This document shows, in pieces, positions 25,611-39,539 of a DNA stretch of 64,000 nt (position 1 is the stretch's first letter; every line of letters begins with the position of its first letter). Location of the stretch: NCBI GenBank assembly GCA_964016885.1, contig OZ024742.1, positions 174,530,001 to 174,594,000 on the forward strand. Direction: 5' to 3'. The position numbers and the translations under genes are program-made. The stretch comes from Eledone cirrhosa. Taxonomy: Eukaryota. The notes under the pieces were generated by a model. The model searched no databases. It was not told where the DNA came from and was given only the letters and a program-made list of their open reading frames with translations.

Positions 25611-28400
25611 TATATATATAATATTATATAATATATTATGTATATATATATATATATATGTAAGTATGAAGGTATACTGTGTGAACATAAGGGTATCTTA
25701 ATACTTACATGGATATCATACATGAGTGTTTATATTAATTTTTAATATGCTAATATAGTACAGAATTGTTGGAGGTCAGCAGCCTTAAATTTATTAAATC
25801 AATAGTGCGAAGACTTGTGTATGAAGTGCTGCTAGAAACTCAATATTATGTCTTCAAGCTCCTTTCATTTCACTAAAATAGCAATACCCTTTATTCTTAT
25901 TTTAATAAAAGCTATATCATTCTTCATTGCTGGGTTTTGTGAAATCCCATAGAAGCTGACCATTAATTTAACAACACACTTATCATTGTATGAAGCAATG
26001 GCAAGCTGACTTTGATATCATCATTGGAAATTATATTTCACACTCCTTTATTGCATAATAAATATCTTCAGGGTAATAAATCAGGATATTACATTGCTTT
26101 ATTCTTGATATTCCTCTCGAAATAAATACTGTAAAATGTCTCATTTATTGTTTGTTTGCTTCCATTTTCGAATTTATTTATGGTGAAAGTCTAACTGAGA
26201 TGGTTGTTAGGAATGAAGCAACTGGTTCGTAAAATTAACCATCTATTGCCAATCCTTTCTTCACAAGGGATGCATATGCCTTTCCATCATCTTCTCTATA
26301 CATAAACATGGGAAATGGTTGTTGAATGAAACTACCACTATCCTTATCACCACTAACAACACCACCACCATATATATCAACAGCAACAATAATAGCAACT
26401 GGAATAATGAGTGTTTTCCAAACTTCTTTCCAAGTTATGTTAATGATATCCTCAAATGTGGTTGTTTTAAGCATAACAGATTGAAGTTGTTCTCAGATAA
26501 ATGCACACATATCAACCCTCCTGATTGAAGCATTGTGGGTTCATATTCTATTTAATGTTCTCTGATCCACACTGCTAAAAAATGTCTCATTCTTGTTAAT
26601 TGTTAACTTAGAAGGTATGAATAGGTGAGAGAAGAAACTAACTAAAGACTGACACATAGTTTAGTAGTATACAGTATTCACCATCATCATTATCTTATAT
26701 TCACATTTCATCCTAGATCCGAGACTAAACTGATCAGAAAAACATGTCTTGATTATGCATACCATGTTCGGCATGGTTTTATTTACTTGTTCTTTCAAAT
26801 GCCAACCACTTTATAGAATGTACTGAGATTATATACACATAACACACAAATCCTCATTACCATCATCACCCTTGGTTCTATCATCATGGTCTTTATTATT
26901 ATCCCCATCAGTCCAACTCATGAAAGCATGGTAAGCAGATGTAAAATGATGTTGATGAAGATCAATATTTTATGTTTCTCGTGTAAGCAATGTAATATGA
27001 TTTCTACAAACCTTCAAATTTGGAGAAAGAAATATAATTATTAGCGCTTTTAATACCATATTGTGTAAAATATCCCTTATTTTTTAGGACTAAGCTCTTA
27101 ATTTTAAACTTCTTTATATTTATTCAAAGACCTTTCATCATTTTTTTATGTAAGAACCTTTGTTACATTGTGTTACAAAACCTGTTTAGTAATGAGAAAG
27201 TTATTTTACTAAATTCTTACAAATTCTTGACTATTTTCAAAATTATAAGCAGCGACTTTTATTAGAAACATGGTAACAAAAGGGTTAAGTTGCTACCCTG
27301 GACAGGTGAAAGATAAATGAGACTCTAGTATGATATGATCTCAGAAGTTAAGACATAATTAAATAAAGTTTGTCATTCTATTGAATGGGCCATTTATGAG
27401 TTAAAACAAGAGTGAAAACTTCATCTTAGATGAAAGCACAACGTTTTTTAAACAAAGCATAGGGAAAATTTGGATTTTGAAATAATCACAATAAATAACA
27501 GTTAAGAAAATTGGGTGAGGCACCTATAGAGCTAGAAATAAGTGGACAGTAGCAACTACCAGTTTGCCATCTATATGCAGGCAATGCATATCTTCATCAA
27601 CAGTAAGTAAAAAAACAGAAAAAATTGAAATTTGAATGCGTGCATCCAAATGTTAGGGTCGATAATAAAAGTTCATCTCTATCAATAATAGTCAATAAAT
27701 TTAGGTAAAGTGAAATGCATATAGATAGCAAATTGGCAGAATTATTCGAATTAAATGGCTCAGTATTTGTTCCAGCTTCCTGTTATCTGGGTACAAATCA
27801 TGACACCAGTGCTACCACATTAAAAGGTTAACTGAGTGTGAACATTTATATATATAAATATTTAATTCACTAGCAAAATTTTCAGTTTTGGCTACTTTCT
27901 AACAAAATTTGTTTCATTCTGAAAGTTGGGTGCTACTTTTAAATTAACTTATCTCTCAAACCTGTAGGCAATCCCCAGATTGAAACAACTTCAAATCTTT
28001 GTCCACCCTCATAGAAATACAGGTCTCTGAGAAAATCAATGAACTGGGATCCTTGTTTACACAACCACAATATACAAAGTTCAGAGTTGGTCCCTAAATT
28101 CTGTTGACCTTGGAGTAAATATGCAGTGTGCCCAAACCTTAAAAGAACACAGGTTCTGAGAAGGAGCCAGAAATCTAGTCAAATGCTGAACTTCAAGCTG
28201 TAAAAAAAATTATGAGAATTGAAAAATACAAAACTATGTACTATAACTTGAGCAGCAGCAGCAGTTCCAGCATGCCCACAGTCTAATAATTGAAACTAGT
28301 AACAGTATAAAAATAATATATATAATGATAATGTATTTTGTTGAAAACTACGGAAAAACACCTCATTAGACCTGGTTACCAAAGAACTATGTTACTATGT

Positions 28401-28454
<54 letters not shown>

Positions 28455-28604
28455 TAACACATGCTAGCGTGGAAGATGGACGTTAAACGAAGATGATGAT
28501 GATGATATAAGTAAAAGGTAAACAGAAATAACAAAGTAACAAAACAAATAGGACATTACATGGAAGAAATATATTAGTTTAATGCTTGAAATAATAGAGG
28601 CAGA

Positions 28605-28642
28605 GTTTTAACGTTTCAGACACTAGTCCTTCATCAGAAGAT
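28605..28642 (-). ncRNA. Minimal hammerhead motif in a PLE-terminus-like fragment (about 28510-28710)
   Basis: Minus strand: CTGATGA-a-GGAC tagt GTCT-GAAA-CG-TT^AA; weak stem I. Confidence 0.6.
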
Positions 28643-28829
28643 AGATTTAGGATTAGGAGATAAATAGAAAGTAAAGTGAGGGAAAACATTTTGGGAGAAA
28701 AAACAGCACATGCATATATATATATATATATGTCCAAAATTAAATTAAGGGTGTCATGTCAGAGAGACATGCACCATATCCACTGTAGAATATGCTCCAA
28801 GATTCCAATGAATAGATCCGAGCATTTTG

Positions 28830-29424
28830 TATCAACTAAAAATTGATTGACATATATATATATCTAAAATAAACATATGAAACAATCACGGAATAATTTG
28901 TAAAAGTCTGTAAGCACACATAGCCAGGTAGGTAACTAATTAAAGTTTAACTAGATTAATCTTCCTTGTATATATTTCATTAAAGAAATATATTTCACCA
29001 TTAATCGATCAGTAAACCACAGTATCCCAGTTTTTCTAGTTGTCGATAACCCTATTCACACCACTGGCATGAAGCTGGTACTATGTGTGTATTTTTGAAA
29101 AATGCAACACGTGCTGCTAGTCATTCCCAGATTTTAATTTGCTGTGTAAACACAGATAGTTAGATCTTTTCCCTTGTTGAAAATCCAGGATTTGTCTACT
29201 GTGGTTTACCGATCTATTAATGGTGAAATATATTTCTTTAATGAAATATATACAAGGAAGATTAATCAATTTATAAGGCATCTATTTTTAAAGTTCTAGT
29301 TAAACTTTAATTAGTTACCTACCTGGCTATGTGTGCTTACACACTTTTACAAATTATTCCCTGTGATTGTTTCATATGTTTATTTTAGATATATTTATAT
29401 ATGTCAATCAATTTCTAGTTGATA
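28830..29424. repeat. Inverted repeat with about 200-bp arms (28830-29024 and 29197-29424) between TA tracts
   Basis: ATCAACTAAAAATTGATTGACATAT...GTAAACCACAGTA versus TACTGTGGTTTAC...ATATGTCAATCAATTTCTAGTTGAT; one indel of about 28 bp. Confidence 0.92.
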
Positions 29425-30482
29425 TATATATATATATATAGAGAGAGAGAGCTACATATATATATATATATATATACCTTCAATTTATATATGTGAGAAA
29501 TAGTCAATTATGGTTAAAGAATAAAATAAACATATACATATGTTTGTGTATTAGTGTGTGATTATGTATGTAGATGTGTGTATGTCTAAGATGCTATGTG
29601 CATATTCATTAGAAAGTTATGAAAGTGAATTATGTTTAATGACATTAAAAAGCTAAAATAAACGTCACATATGTGGTAAAACAAAAATAAACATTAATTG
29701 ATGACAAATAAAATTTTTCTCTGAAAGTTTGCAAGACAACTTTAGACATATCATTCATCATTTTTGAGACACTATTCTCTGAAAAGCATTTTCGGAACAC
29801 TTTTGAAAGATCTTCAACACTTCAGGAATTAATAGAAAAGGAGATAATTAGGAGTGTTGGGTTATCCATTTATTCTAAAATGTATGTATAAACTACTAAT
29901 TTGAATATCACCATCATCATTTTTAATGTCTATTTTCCTTGCTAGCAAGTGTTAGAAGGGCACATGCTATCACTGCACTAGCACTAGGAATATTGTCAGG
30001 AATTTAACACAACTAAAGAAAATTTGGAACAATTTTTTGACAAGGTTTTAATGTTTGAATGCACTTCTTATCAGCAACCATTTTACAGTATGTAGTAGAC
30101 GTGTTTTAACATGTTCATAGAAACAATAGAAAGACTGCTGTCCCCTTGATATGAAATAAGAGTCCCCAACTTCTTACATGACAACATAACTGTTTTATTA
30201 CCATATTCTTCATAAAATACACTGCAAATGTGTTACAACTAATTCTGAAGGTCATTAAAACATTTATCAATTTAGTAATAAAACTAAATTTTTCATTAGT
30301 AAGCTGTTGTGTGGAACACTGCATGAAAATGTCTTTCATAAAATTATAATGGGAGGATTTAATATACGTATGAAAACATTAAAACAAGCAATTTTTTTAT
30401 CACAGAACCATAAGTGATTTGAGGTAGGTTTGTATTTTAGAGGGATAACTTCTGCAACATCTTTTGAGTGGTCTTTTCTCTA

Positions 30483-30515
<33 letters not shown>

Positions 30516-30715
30516 ATCATCATTTATATAATATATAAATATATATATATATAATCATCATCGTTAAACGTTCATCTTCCACTCTAGCATGGGTTAGACT
30601 GTATATATATATATATATATATATGCATGTGTATATATTATATATATATATATATGAGTGTGTGTGTGTGTGTGTTTATGTATATATATATATATATTAT
30701 ATATATATTTGTAAG

Positions 30716-30751
<36 letters not shown>

Positions 30752-30954
30752 ATGTGTGTATATGTGTGTGTTAATGAAAAGCATTGCTTATAATTTTCAA
30801 TTAATTTCGAAAATAATGAAGAATTTAATGGTGTTTAGTAATATAACTAATGTTATCATTATTAAGCTGCTGTTTGAAGCATAACAGAAACGTTCTTGCA
30901 TAAAATTATGATAGAAGGTTTTAGATAAATATAAACGTTTTAAAAAGTAGAACT

Positions 30955-31530
30955 TAGTCTGAATCTGCCAGCCACACCAATGTCGCTGCGGTTCCACCGT
31001 GGACTCTTTCGGCCTCCACCCGCTTTCCTGTCCCCATAGTACCGGCCTCATTCCACGCCATGCTGCCCTTAATGAGGTCATTAAGCATGGCTTGGATGCT
31101 GCAGGCTTCCCTTCCCAGCTCGAGCCGGTGGGGCTGGATCGCGGGAACGGAAAAAGGCTAGAGGGCATGACCATCTTTCTGTTCCGCGGTGGCAAACCCC
31201 TCATCTGGGATGCCACTTGCACCGACACTTTCTGCAGCTGCAACCATGTGCAGTCTGTGACTGACCCAGGTTATGCTGCACGTTGGCCTGGGGAGGCTAA
31301 ACTCCTCAAATACCGGTCACTCTCTGACAGGTTTGCGGTCGTACCCCTGGCAGTGGATTCTTCCTTACTCACCACCATAGGCGCTGAGCTGGCCAGCCGC
31401 AGGTGTGAGCCCCGCAAGTTGGAGTGACTTTTCCAGCATGTCTCCCTTGCCGTCCTCCATTCTGTCCACCTGGGCTGTGGGTGGGCCCCATCGCGTACTG
31501 TTGTAATTGTCGTAGAAGAAACAGGAAGAC
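30955..31530 (+). mobile_element. CRE-clade non-LTR retrotransposon 3' fragment (CCHC knuckle and RLE endonuclease)
   Basis: ICQPHQCRCGSTVDSFGLHPLSC, RHAALNEVI, EPVGLDRGNGKRLEG (KRPDG-like), LIWDATCTDT, K..KY; GC-rich island. Confidence 0.8.
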
Positions 31531-32701
31531 AACAACTGGAAAGTTTGATTTTCTTATTTATCATTTACATCTGGTATGTACATGTGTGTGTATGATTATA
31601 TATATGCTCGTGTGTGTCTGTATATATTTGTACAATAAAGCAAAAGGTGGTTTCAACTTGTTTGGATTTTAAAAGGTTAAAAATGCATTCATGCATAACT
31701 ACATCAAATGCAGTAAAACCACAAAAGAATGTTCAAAGAGTTTCACATTTTTCTGCAAGTTGCCATTCAGTATGATAAGACTATTTTTGGCATGCTCTAA
31801 TAGTAAACAGAACACGTTTAGGAACTTAAGAAATATTCTTACATTCAACCCATGCTTCCAATCGCATTGCCATGCTTATATTTTTACTTTCATATCCTTC
31901 AGCTCATTGTATAATTTTTCTCATTGTAACAAGCAATAGGTCTTCTATTTTATTACTGTTGCATAAAGTTTATTTTTATTTTATCTTATTTTAACTTTTG
32001 ATTCCTTTTTAACACTTTTCCTACTTGTTGGAGCATAAATCTGTCTTTCGTTTTTTTACCCATTTCAATTCATATTTCACACATTATTTATAAATGATTT
32101 TTCATTCAAGTACATATTTTATTCAGCACATATTTCATTCATTCTTCCTATAGATATTTCATTCGAACCATTCTTTCTAACATGGCAACATTTCTAATCT
32201 GTCAAAAAAATTCATAGCACACCACTAACGAACAAGAGAACAATGACAAATATCCTCATCATCATCATCATCATTTAATGTCCATTTTCCCTTCTAGCAA
32301 GGGTTAGCTTCTTGCTGATAAACGGAATTTTTTTAATACTAATATTCTGTACTGTAACCATAAAACAATCTCAAAATGAGTAATTGAGGAATACATTTAA
32401 ACATAAACAAGACAAATTAAGTGAAAACTGTTGCGTCATTAAATTCATAGTTCTAGTTTTTAGGCTCTATAAAAACAACAACACCATTTTGAAAATAGTT
32501 GCCTCTTGGATTTGCCAGAAAGAAAATAATATTTATCATTGACTAGTATTGTTGCTAAGACTTTTCTTATTTTTATTATGTTGAAAAAATTGAGTAGGAA
32601 GTGACATAGTTGTTTTTTTACATGTCCTTCAATACATGGGTGAAATAATCCAATATCTGCTTGTATAGTTGTAAAATACTTTCTAGAAATTACTGGATTA
32701 A

Positions 32702-33349
32702 CCCTTCTGAAAACAGCGTGGCTTAGGTTTTAGGAAACATAACCATCTATTTTAATGGATTCCTATTTAAATTTAAACTTTCCAACATAATCGTATATAA
32801 GAGCCAAATGTTTAGTTACTATCTCAGTAATGAAATTTTATTTTTAGTAAATCTCTAACATTCTTCATTAAATATTTTGTTATAAACCACCTGCAACTGG
32901 CCTTAGTTCCATGATACAAATCAATTAATTTTAAAGTGTTTATATTCATCTGAAACTTTGTTCCATACATTTATATAATTGTTTATATTTTAGGCACAAG
33001 GCCAGCAATTACCCAGTACATTTGTGGTACTTTATTTTATCGACCCTGTAAGGATGAAACGCAAAGTTAACCTCGGCGGGATTTGAACTCAGATCATAAA
33101 GGGATGTAACTCTATGCTTCAAAGCATGGTGTCCAACTCTCTACCGATACTGCCAATCCACCGCTGTTGTTAAGTCATGTTTCAAAGACCAGCTTAAAAA
33201 TTGTAAAGTTAGTTATATTAATAAATCCCTTTAAATTCTTTATTATTTTCAAATGGATTTGAAAATTATGTTTTTCATTAGCAATATGGCAATGAAAAAA
33301 TTAATTAATTGAAATAGTGTATTTTATTAAAAATACAATCACAAAAGGG
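32702..33349. mobile_element. piggyBac-type MITE with a nested SINE (32990-33165)
   Basis: TTAA|CCCTT...AAGGG|TTAA ends. Related relics at about 27040-27290, 42470-42840 and 52300-52533. Confidence 0.55.
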
Positions 33350-35552
33350 TTAAAAGACATGATCTTGATGATCCTATTAGTATCTTTGGCAGAGCAAGAC
33401 TGGTTAGCTAAATATAACAAATAAGATAGAAATTATACAAACATAATTGTTTTATGTTTATGATTTGCACACAAAAAAAATAATAATCAATATGAAGAGA
33501 ATTAGAAAGAAAATATTAAAAAGAAATTAGGAAAAAATGCAAACACTGAAGAGGAACTGCTGCTGTTGCCCCCTAAAAACACTTTGCGTTACCATGGGTC
33601 ATAGCAAGGCTAAGGCACTAGAATAACCAAGCACCTTCACAAGCATCATCTGATACATCAGTAAGGTGAGTCACCAGCAATGACAAAAGCCTCATTGTCA
33701 GTAGTTAAGGTTTCTCAAACATCATATATGCTGCAGGCTGAAAAGTATAAGTATTTCAGAAGAAATTCGAAAATATTCTATGGAACATATGAATATTGGA
33801 TATAATCATAGAGAACAAACTTCAAAAGTAGAGAGAAATGTTTTATATACTGTAGTGCAGCTGCCATAATAAAATGCACCTAGTACACTCTGTAGAATGG
33901 CCGTGCTGGTGCCAAGACAGCATAAACCAAGTACACACTCTGTAAAGTGGTAATATTGGTGCTAAGATGAAATGCACCCAGTAAACTCTGTAATATGGCC
34001 AGAATTAAAAGAGCATCCAGCCCTAAAATACTGATCAAAATTTGAATATATGAATAGGATACGGCAGTTTGACCAGTCTAGTCAGAGACAATGACTGCCT
34101 GTCTAACCTATGCCTGTATGGAAAATATGATGATGATGATGATGATGATAATATGGCTTGTGCAAGTGAGTAATTCATCACATAAGAAACTGAGAATACA
34201 CAAAGAGTTTTGAAATGAAATGTGTGAAAGGATATGATAGGGACATAAGATTAGGCTAATTATGATTGGATGATTACCTAGCAAGATGATTGAACTTAAA
34301 AGACAAATCAACAGAGTTAATTAAAAAGAGAGCTCGCTGTTACAAAGGTTTTTATGCTGATACAGAATAATGTTGAGAAAGGTATATTGTTCAATACTGT
34401 GTAAACTGACAGAAATTCCTCTCTTAAATGGCTAATAGCAGGGGTGAAGGTTCCATGCATGCAATGCATGCAGTACATGCAATGCATGCAGTACATGCAT
34501 TATAGAATCTTGAGTTGATCAATTACGTCGGTTGAAGCAAGCAGAATTTTGGCTGCTTACTAAAATGTATAGACACAAAAAAAGATAACACACACACATA
34601 CACACAACAAACACACGACAGCTTTGGGGCAAGCAGAATTTTGACTGCTTACTAAATCGTAGACATATGAAAAGATAACACACACACACACTAGATAACA
34701 CTACATGCGGCTTTGACTGGGAGGGTCATTTAGAGGGAATTGGGGGGGGGGGGGGGTAAGGCTGCACAGCCCCACTTTCCGCCATGGCGATTGGAGTGCA
34801 TGCTCTGCTTTCCAGGTTACCTTTCGCCACTGACATCCTCTGGCAAACTGCAATGCAATAATAATAATAATAATTGTTTCTAATTTAGGCACAAGGCCAG
34901 CAATTTTTTTAAGGGTAGGGGAAAGTCGATTTAATTGGTGCTTTATCTTATCGACCCCGTAAGGATGAAAGGCAAAGTTAACCTCGGCAGGATTTTAACT
35001 CAGGACGTTAACGGCCATACCTCTATGCTGAAAAGTATAGTATCTGATTCTCTACTGGGGGGAGGGGAAAGTCGATTAAATCAACCCAGTGCCTTGCTGG
35101 TACTATATTTGTCCAATATTGTAAGGATGAAAGGCAAAGTTAACATCAGTGGGATGTTAACTCAAAATATAAAGGGACATAACTATATACCACAAAGTAA
35201 TGTTGTCTGATACTCTACAGATACTGCCAATCCACAGCCTTCACAATGATAATGATAATGATTTCTTATTTACGCACAAGGCCAACGGACATTGGGGGAG
35301 GGTAAAGTCGATTACACTGATCCCAGTGCATTACCAGTAATTAACCCCTAACAATGAAAGGCAAATCTAACCTCTGCTGGATTTGAACTTAGACAGTAAA
35401 GGGCCGGAACTCTATACACATATGTTCATATGTATATATATATATATATGTATGTGTATCTCTTTCTTTCTCTTTCTCTCTCACTCTCTCTCTCTCTCTA
35501 TATATAAAATGTTATAGTTTGCTGGAAGCATTGTATATAATATATAAAGTTA

Positions 35553-35610
35553 AAAGAGATGGAAGGCTGAACAATGAAAAATTTTGCATTGTTTAACCTT
35601 CTATCTCTTT
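35553..35610. repeat. Short hairpin in TA-rich context
   Basis: AAAGAGATGGAAGGCTGAACAATG..CATTGTTTAACCTTCTATCTCTTT. Confidence 0.7.
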
Positions 35611-35622
35611 CAGCATTATATG

Positions 35623-35656
<34 letters not shown>

Positions 35657-35692
35657 TATAAATATATATATATACTTATATATATATATATT

Positions 35693-35723
<31 letters not shown>

Positions 35724-35914
35724 ATATAATCTGAGTTTTTCGAATATTAATGATAACATTTGATTCATTTTCAATTTTGCAAACAAGCCTCAATTTTATA
35801 GCCATGTCAGAAGAATGAAAACTTCATTCTTGCTCTTGTGTTGGCATTCGAAAAACTCAGATTATATTTATTGTATTCAGCCATGTAGAGCAAAATTTTC
35901 TTTTATATATATAT

Positions 35915-37032
35915 CATCATCATCATCATTTTACGTCCACTTTTCCCTGCTTGCAAGGGTGGGATGGGTCTTATTCAGCAGAAGCATCTCTCCACTTATC
36001 ACGGTCCTTCGTGATCTCCAACGTCAGCTTCAGCGATTTGTTCCCACCCCCTCTGCCCATTTTTTCGTGGTCTACCTCTACCACGTCTTCCTTCAACAGG
36101 CATTTCCTGGCACTTCTTCACCCATCGGTCAACCTCCATGCGCATCACATGTCCATACCACCTCAGTCCCCTCTCTCACACACTACATTCTATCCCTCTC
36201 AGATACAGTTTGTCTCTGAACACATTCATGCTGGGTCGTTCACGCACATTGACATTGCACATCCAACTGAGCATGTTTGCCTCATTTTTCTCCAGCCGTC
36301 GCATATCCTCTGCAGTTGCACTAACAGGCATCATCGCGCTCCTCACACAGGCATCATATAACTGGCCTTTGGTATGCAGGGAGAAACCCTTCTTCGTCAG
36401 CAGAGGAAGCAGCTCCCTAAACTTCTTCCAACCCGTCCTTATTCTAGATACTATGGCCTCGGTACAACCCCCTCCCATGCTGATCTGATAACCTAGGTAC
36501 CGGAAGCTATCAACCACTTCTAGGGCACCCGTCTGCATTTGAAAAATATGTCTATCAATGCGACTTCTACTGTCTAATTTCCCTGTACATCTACTGCATA
36601 CATATTTAGTATACTGCATACCTGTTAGTTTGCCTGCTATCCCACTACATCTCTTGTGTACTCAAGATCTTCATCTCTTGTAATTGTCTCACCAAGAAGA
36701 GGGCATCTGTTGTACTTTTCCCAGTCACAAAACCAAACTGGATCTCATCTAGTTTTACGCTTTCTCTAATTAGTTGTGCTAATATCCTTTCTGCCACTTT
36801 CATAACCTGATCCATCAGTTTCATACCCCTATAATTGCTACTCTCCAGAGCATCCCCTTTACATTTGTAGCAATTTATGAGAATACTGCTGCACCAGTCT
36901 TTAGGTATGACACCACCATATATAGCCTGATTGATGATACGTGCAACAAGTTTAGCGCCTACGTCCCCTGATGCATTCATCATCTCAGCAACTATTTCCG
37001 ACGGTCCAGCAGCCTTACCATTTTTCATTTCC

Positions 37033-37035
<3 letters not shown>
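35915..37035 (-). mobile_element. Internally deleted RTE LINE fragment with 3' tail
   Basis: [59 protein letters not shown]; (TGA)n tail. Confidence 0.88.
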
Positions 37036-37099
<64 letters not shown>

Positions 37100-37110
37100 G
37101 TATATATATG

Positions 37111-37146
<36 letters not shown>

Positions 37147-37414
37147 AATATATAAGTATATATATCGTTATATCGCATGACTATCTCCCCCTCCGCCTTT
37201 TGGGATTCTTTCTCACGTCGTGTAGACGCGTTCTTGAGACTAGTAAAATGAGGTATCCTCTTGATAAGTCGGCAGACCTCGCAAGGACTCTATATCTTTA
37301 TGATATATTGTTTTTGTTTATGCCACAAAACTACGTAGTCGAGGAATCTAGAAGCAGTTTAGGTATGATACATTTTATTACTAATTATATCTAAATGTTT
37401 CTTCTCTCTTCATA

Positions 37415-37452
<38 letters not shown>

Positions 37453-37492
37453 TAAATATATAGACTAAATATATAGACTATATATAGTATAC

Positions 37493-37529
<37 letters not shown>

Positions 37530-37568
37530 TATATATATATATTAATATATATATATATATATATATAT

Positions 37569-37987
37569 GTAGAAGTTATATTTAATTTGTTGGGATTCCA
37601 ACAAACTTAAATGTTTATAACTTGTATAGAGCACTCAACAAATTACTGGAGTAAATATTCAATATATTAATAAATGGAAACTATATTTATAAAACCATAA
37701 TTATTCTATTATATATATTTCAAGGGTGACCAAGCCAATCTTGGTGCGCTTTCATCAGATAACATACAAAATTTGTTTCATAAATAGTGACATAACCATG
37801 GAAAACAACCTGGATGGTTGAAAATTCAACTGTCAAGGTTGTTTTCCATGGTTATGTCACTATTTATAAAATAAATTTTGTATTTTATCTGATGAAAGCG
37901 CACCAGGATTGGTTTGGTCGCCCTTGAAATATATATAATAAAATAATTATGGTTTTATAAATATAGTTTCCATTTATTAATATATTG
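37569..37987. mobile_element. Fold-back PLE-terminus element: 328-bp palindrome (37660-37987) with two divergent hammerheads plus a tail of about 90 bp
   Basis: Centre 37823/4. Plus-strand HHR 37881-37945: TATTTTAT-CTGATGA-AAG..CTT-GAAA-TATATA-TA^ATAAAATA. Mirror HHR at about 37702-37766 on the minus strand. Same family as 47197-47550. Confidence 0.85.
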
Positions 37988-38009
37988 TATATATATATAT
38001 ATGTATGTA

Positions 38010-38047
<38 letters not shown>

Positions 38048-38059
38048 ATATATATATAT

Positions 38060-38441
38060 AGTGGTTAGAGCATTGAGCAAGCAATCAAAAGGTTGTGAGT
38101 TCAATTCTCAGACCGGGTGATGTGTTGTTTCCTTGAGCAAAACATTTTATTTCAAATTGTTCCAGTTTACTCAGCTGTAGAAATGAGATGATAGGTCTGG
38201 GGTCCCTATCATTCCACTGTAAAGTGGTCGTGGAGGTGCCACATTAAAAAAGCACCCAGCACTCACTGTAAATGAGGTTGATGTTAGGAAGGGCATCCAG
38301 CTGTAGAAATCAAGCCAGAATCAGTTCCCGTATGAGCAAGACAAGCTTCAGCCGACTGGACACTTCCCACGACAGGACAACCCGTCTAACCCATGCTAGC
38401 GTGGAAGAACGGACGTAAAACGGTGATGATGATGATGATGA
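38060..38441 (+). mobile_element. tRNA-derived CORE-type SINE (5' clipped)
   Basis: Matches the 10939 family, with a longer tail like 13085-13217. Confidence 0.78.
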
Positions 38442-38997
38442 TATATACATACATACTATATATATATATATATATATACTATATAAACTATATATATTTG
38501 TGTGTGTTTGTGTACACATACCATTACATCCATGACTAACACCATAAGAACAGAAAGAAGTGATAAATATATAATACATAAAAGATGATAAAAATAAATA
38601 AACCCCACATAAATGAAACAAAATGGTAAAGCTCATCTTTAATCAAGTTTTCTATAAAACACATTCCAGCATTCTGTTTTTAGAGATAAGATATAGTAAG
38701 GGAAAATATCTTCTTCAAATGTTAGTGCCCACAAAAATGAAATCAATCACTTGTAATATTCTTCAGCTCAGATATATAATGGCTCTGTATATGTGTGTAT
38801 GTGTGTGTCTGTATTTGTGTGTCTGTATATACATATATAGTATTAAGGATACTATTTATGGTTATGTATATACTAAAACTTTTTATAGTTATATATATTT
38901 TAAACCCTAAATAGTGAAAGATAGTAATTCATTACTATCTTATTACCAGTAAGATAAATAGCTCAATGTAACAACATCAGTTGTTTTACAGAGCAGT

Positions 38998-39484
38998 TAT
39001 ATAGAAATTACATGAATCAAAGTTCAGTTTAAATCATTTATTTGCTTACAATTGTTTCTTCCAAACCGAGCTTTGAAGTCTTCGGAGCAATTATTTAGTG
39101 ATTTTTTACATACTTGACCTCCTTTTCAACACAAGAGACATATAGAAACATATGTATATATTGACCCACAGTGGGTTGACATCCATTATAATAATATAGC
39201 ATGGCAATTTACATACAAAGATTAGTCATATTAAAGGACAAAATTAAAGTTAAAATTAAAATTAAAATTAAAATAAAACATTGGCAGTTTACGAAGATAA
39301 AGCAAGAGGAAAGTTTGGAGTAGGTGGGTCAATATATACATATGTTTCTATATGTCTCTGGTGTTGAAAAGGAGGTCAAGTATGTAAAAAATCACTAAAT
39401 AATTGCTCCGAAGACTTCAAACCTCGGTTTGGAAGAAACAATTGTAAGCAAATAAATGATTTAAACTGAACTTTGATTCATGTA

Positions 39485-39495
<11 letters not shown>
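38998..39495. mobile_element. Fold-back element with about 170-bp arms, each carrying a hammerhead motif
   Basis: Arms 38998-39169 and 39324-39495 (two mismatches seen). Plus-strand HHR 39403-39451: TTGCT-CCGAAGA-c-TTCAAACC tc GGTTTgGAA-GAAA-CAATTG-TA^AGCAA. Mirror at 39042-39090. Confidence 0.82.
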
Positions 39496-39529
<34 letters not shown>

Positions 39530-39539
39530 CTTGTCAGAA

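Noticed and set aside
26235-26528. Overlapping 79-aa and 69-aa ORFs in unique DNA
   Set aside because: No recognisable domain, and they include a low-complexity ACC/AAC stretch.
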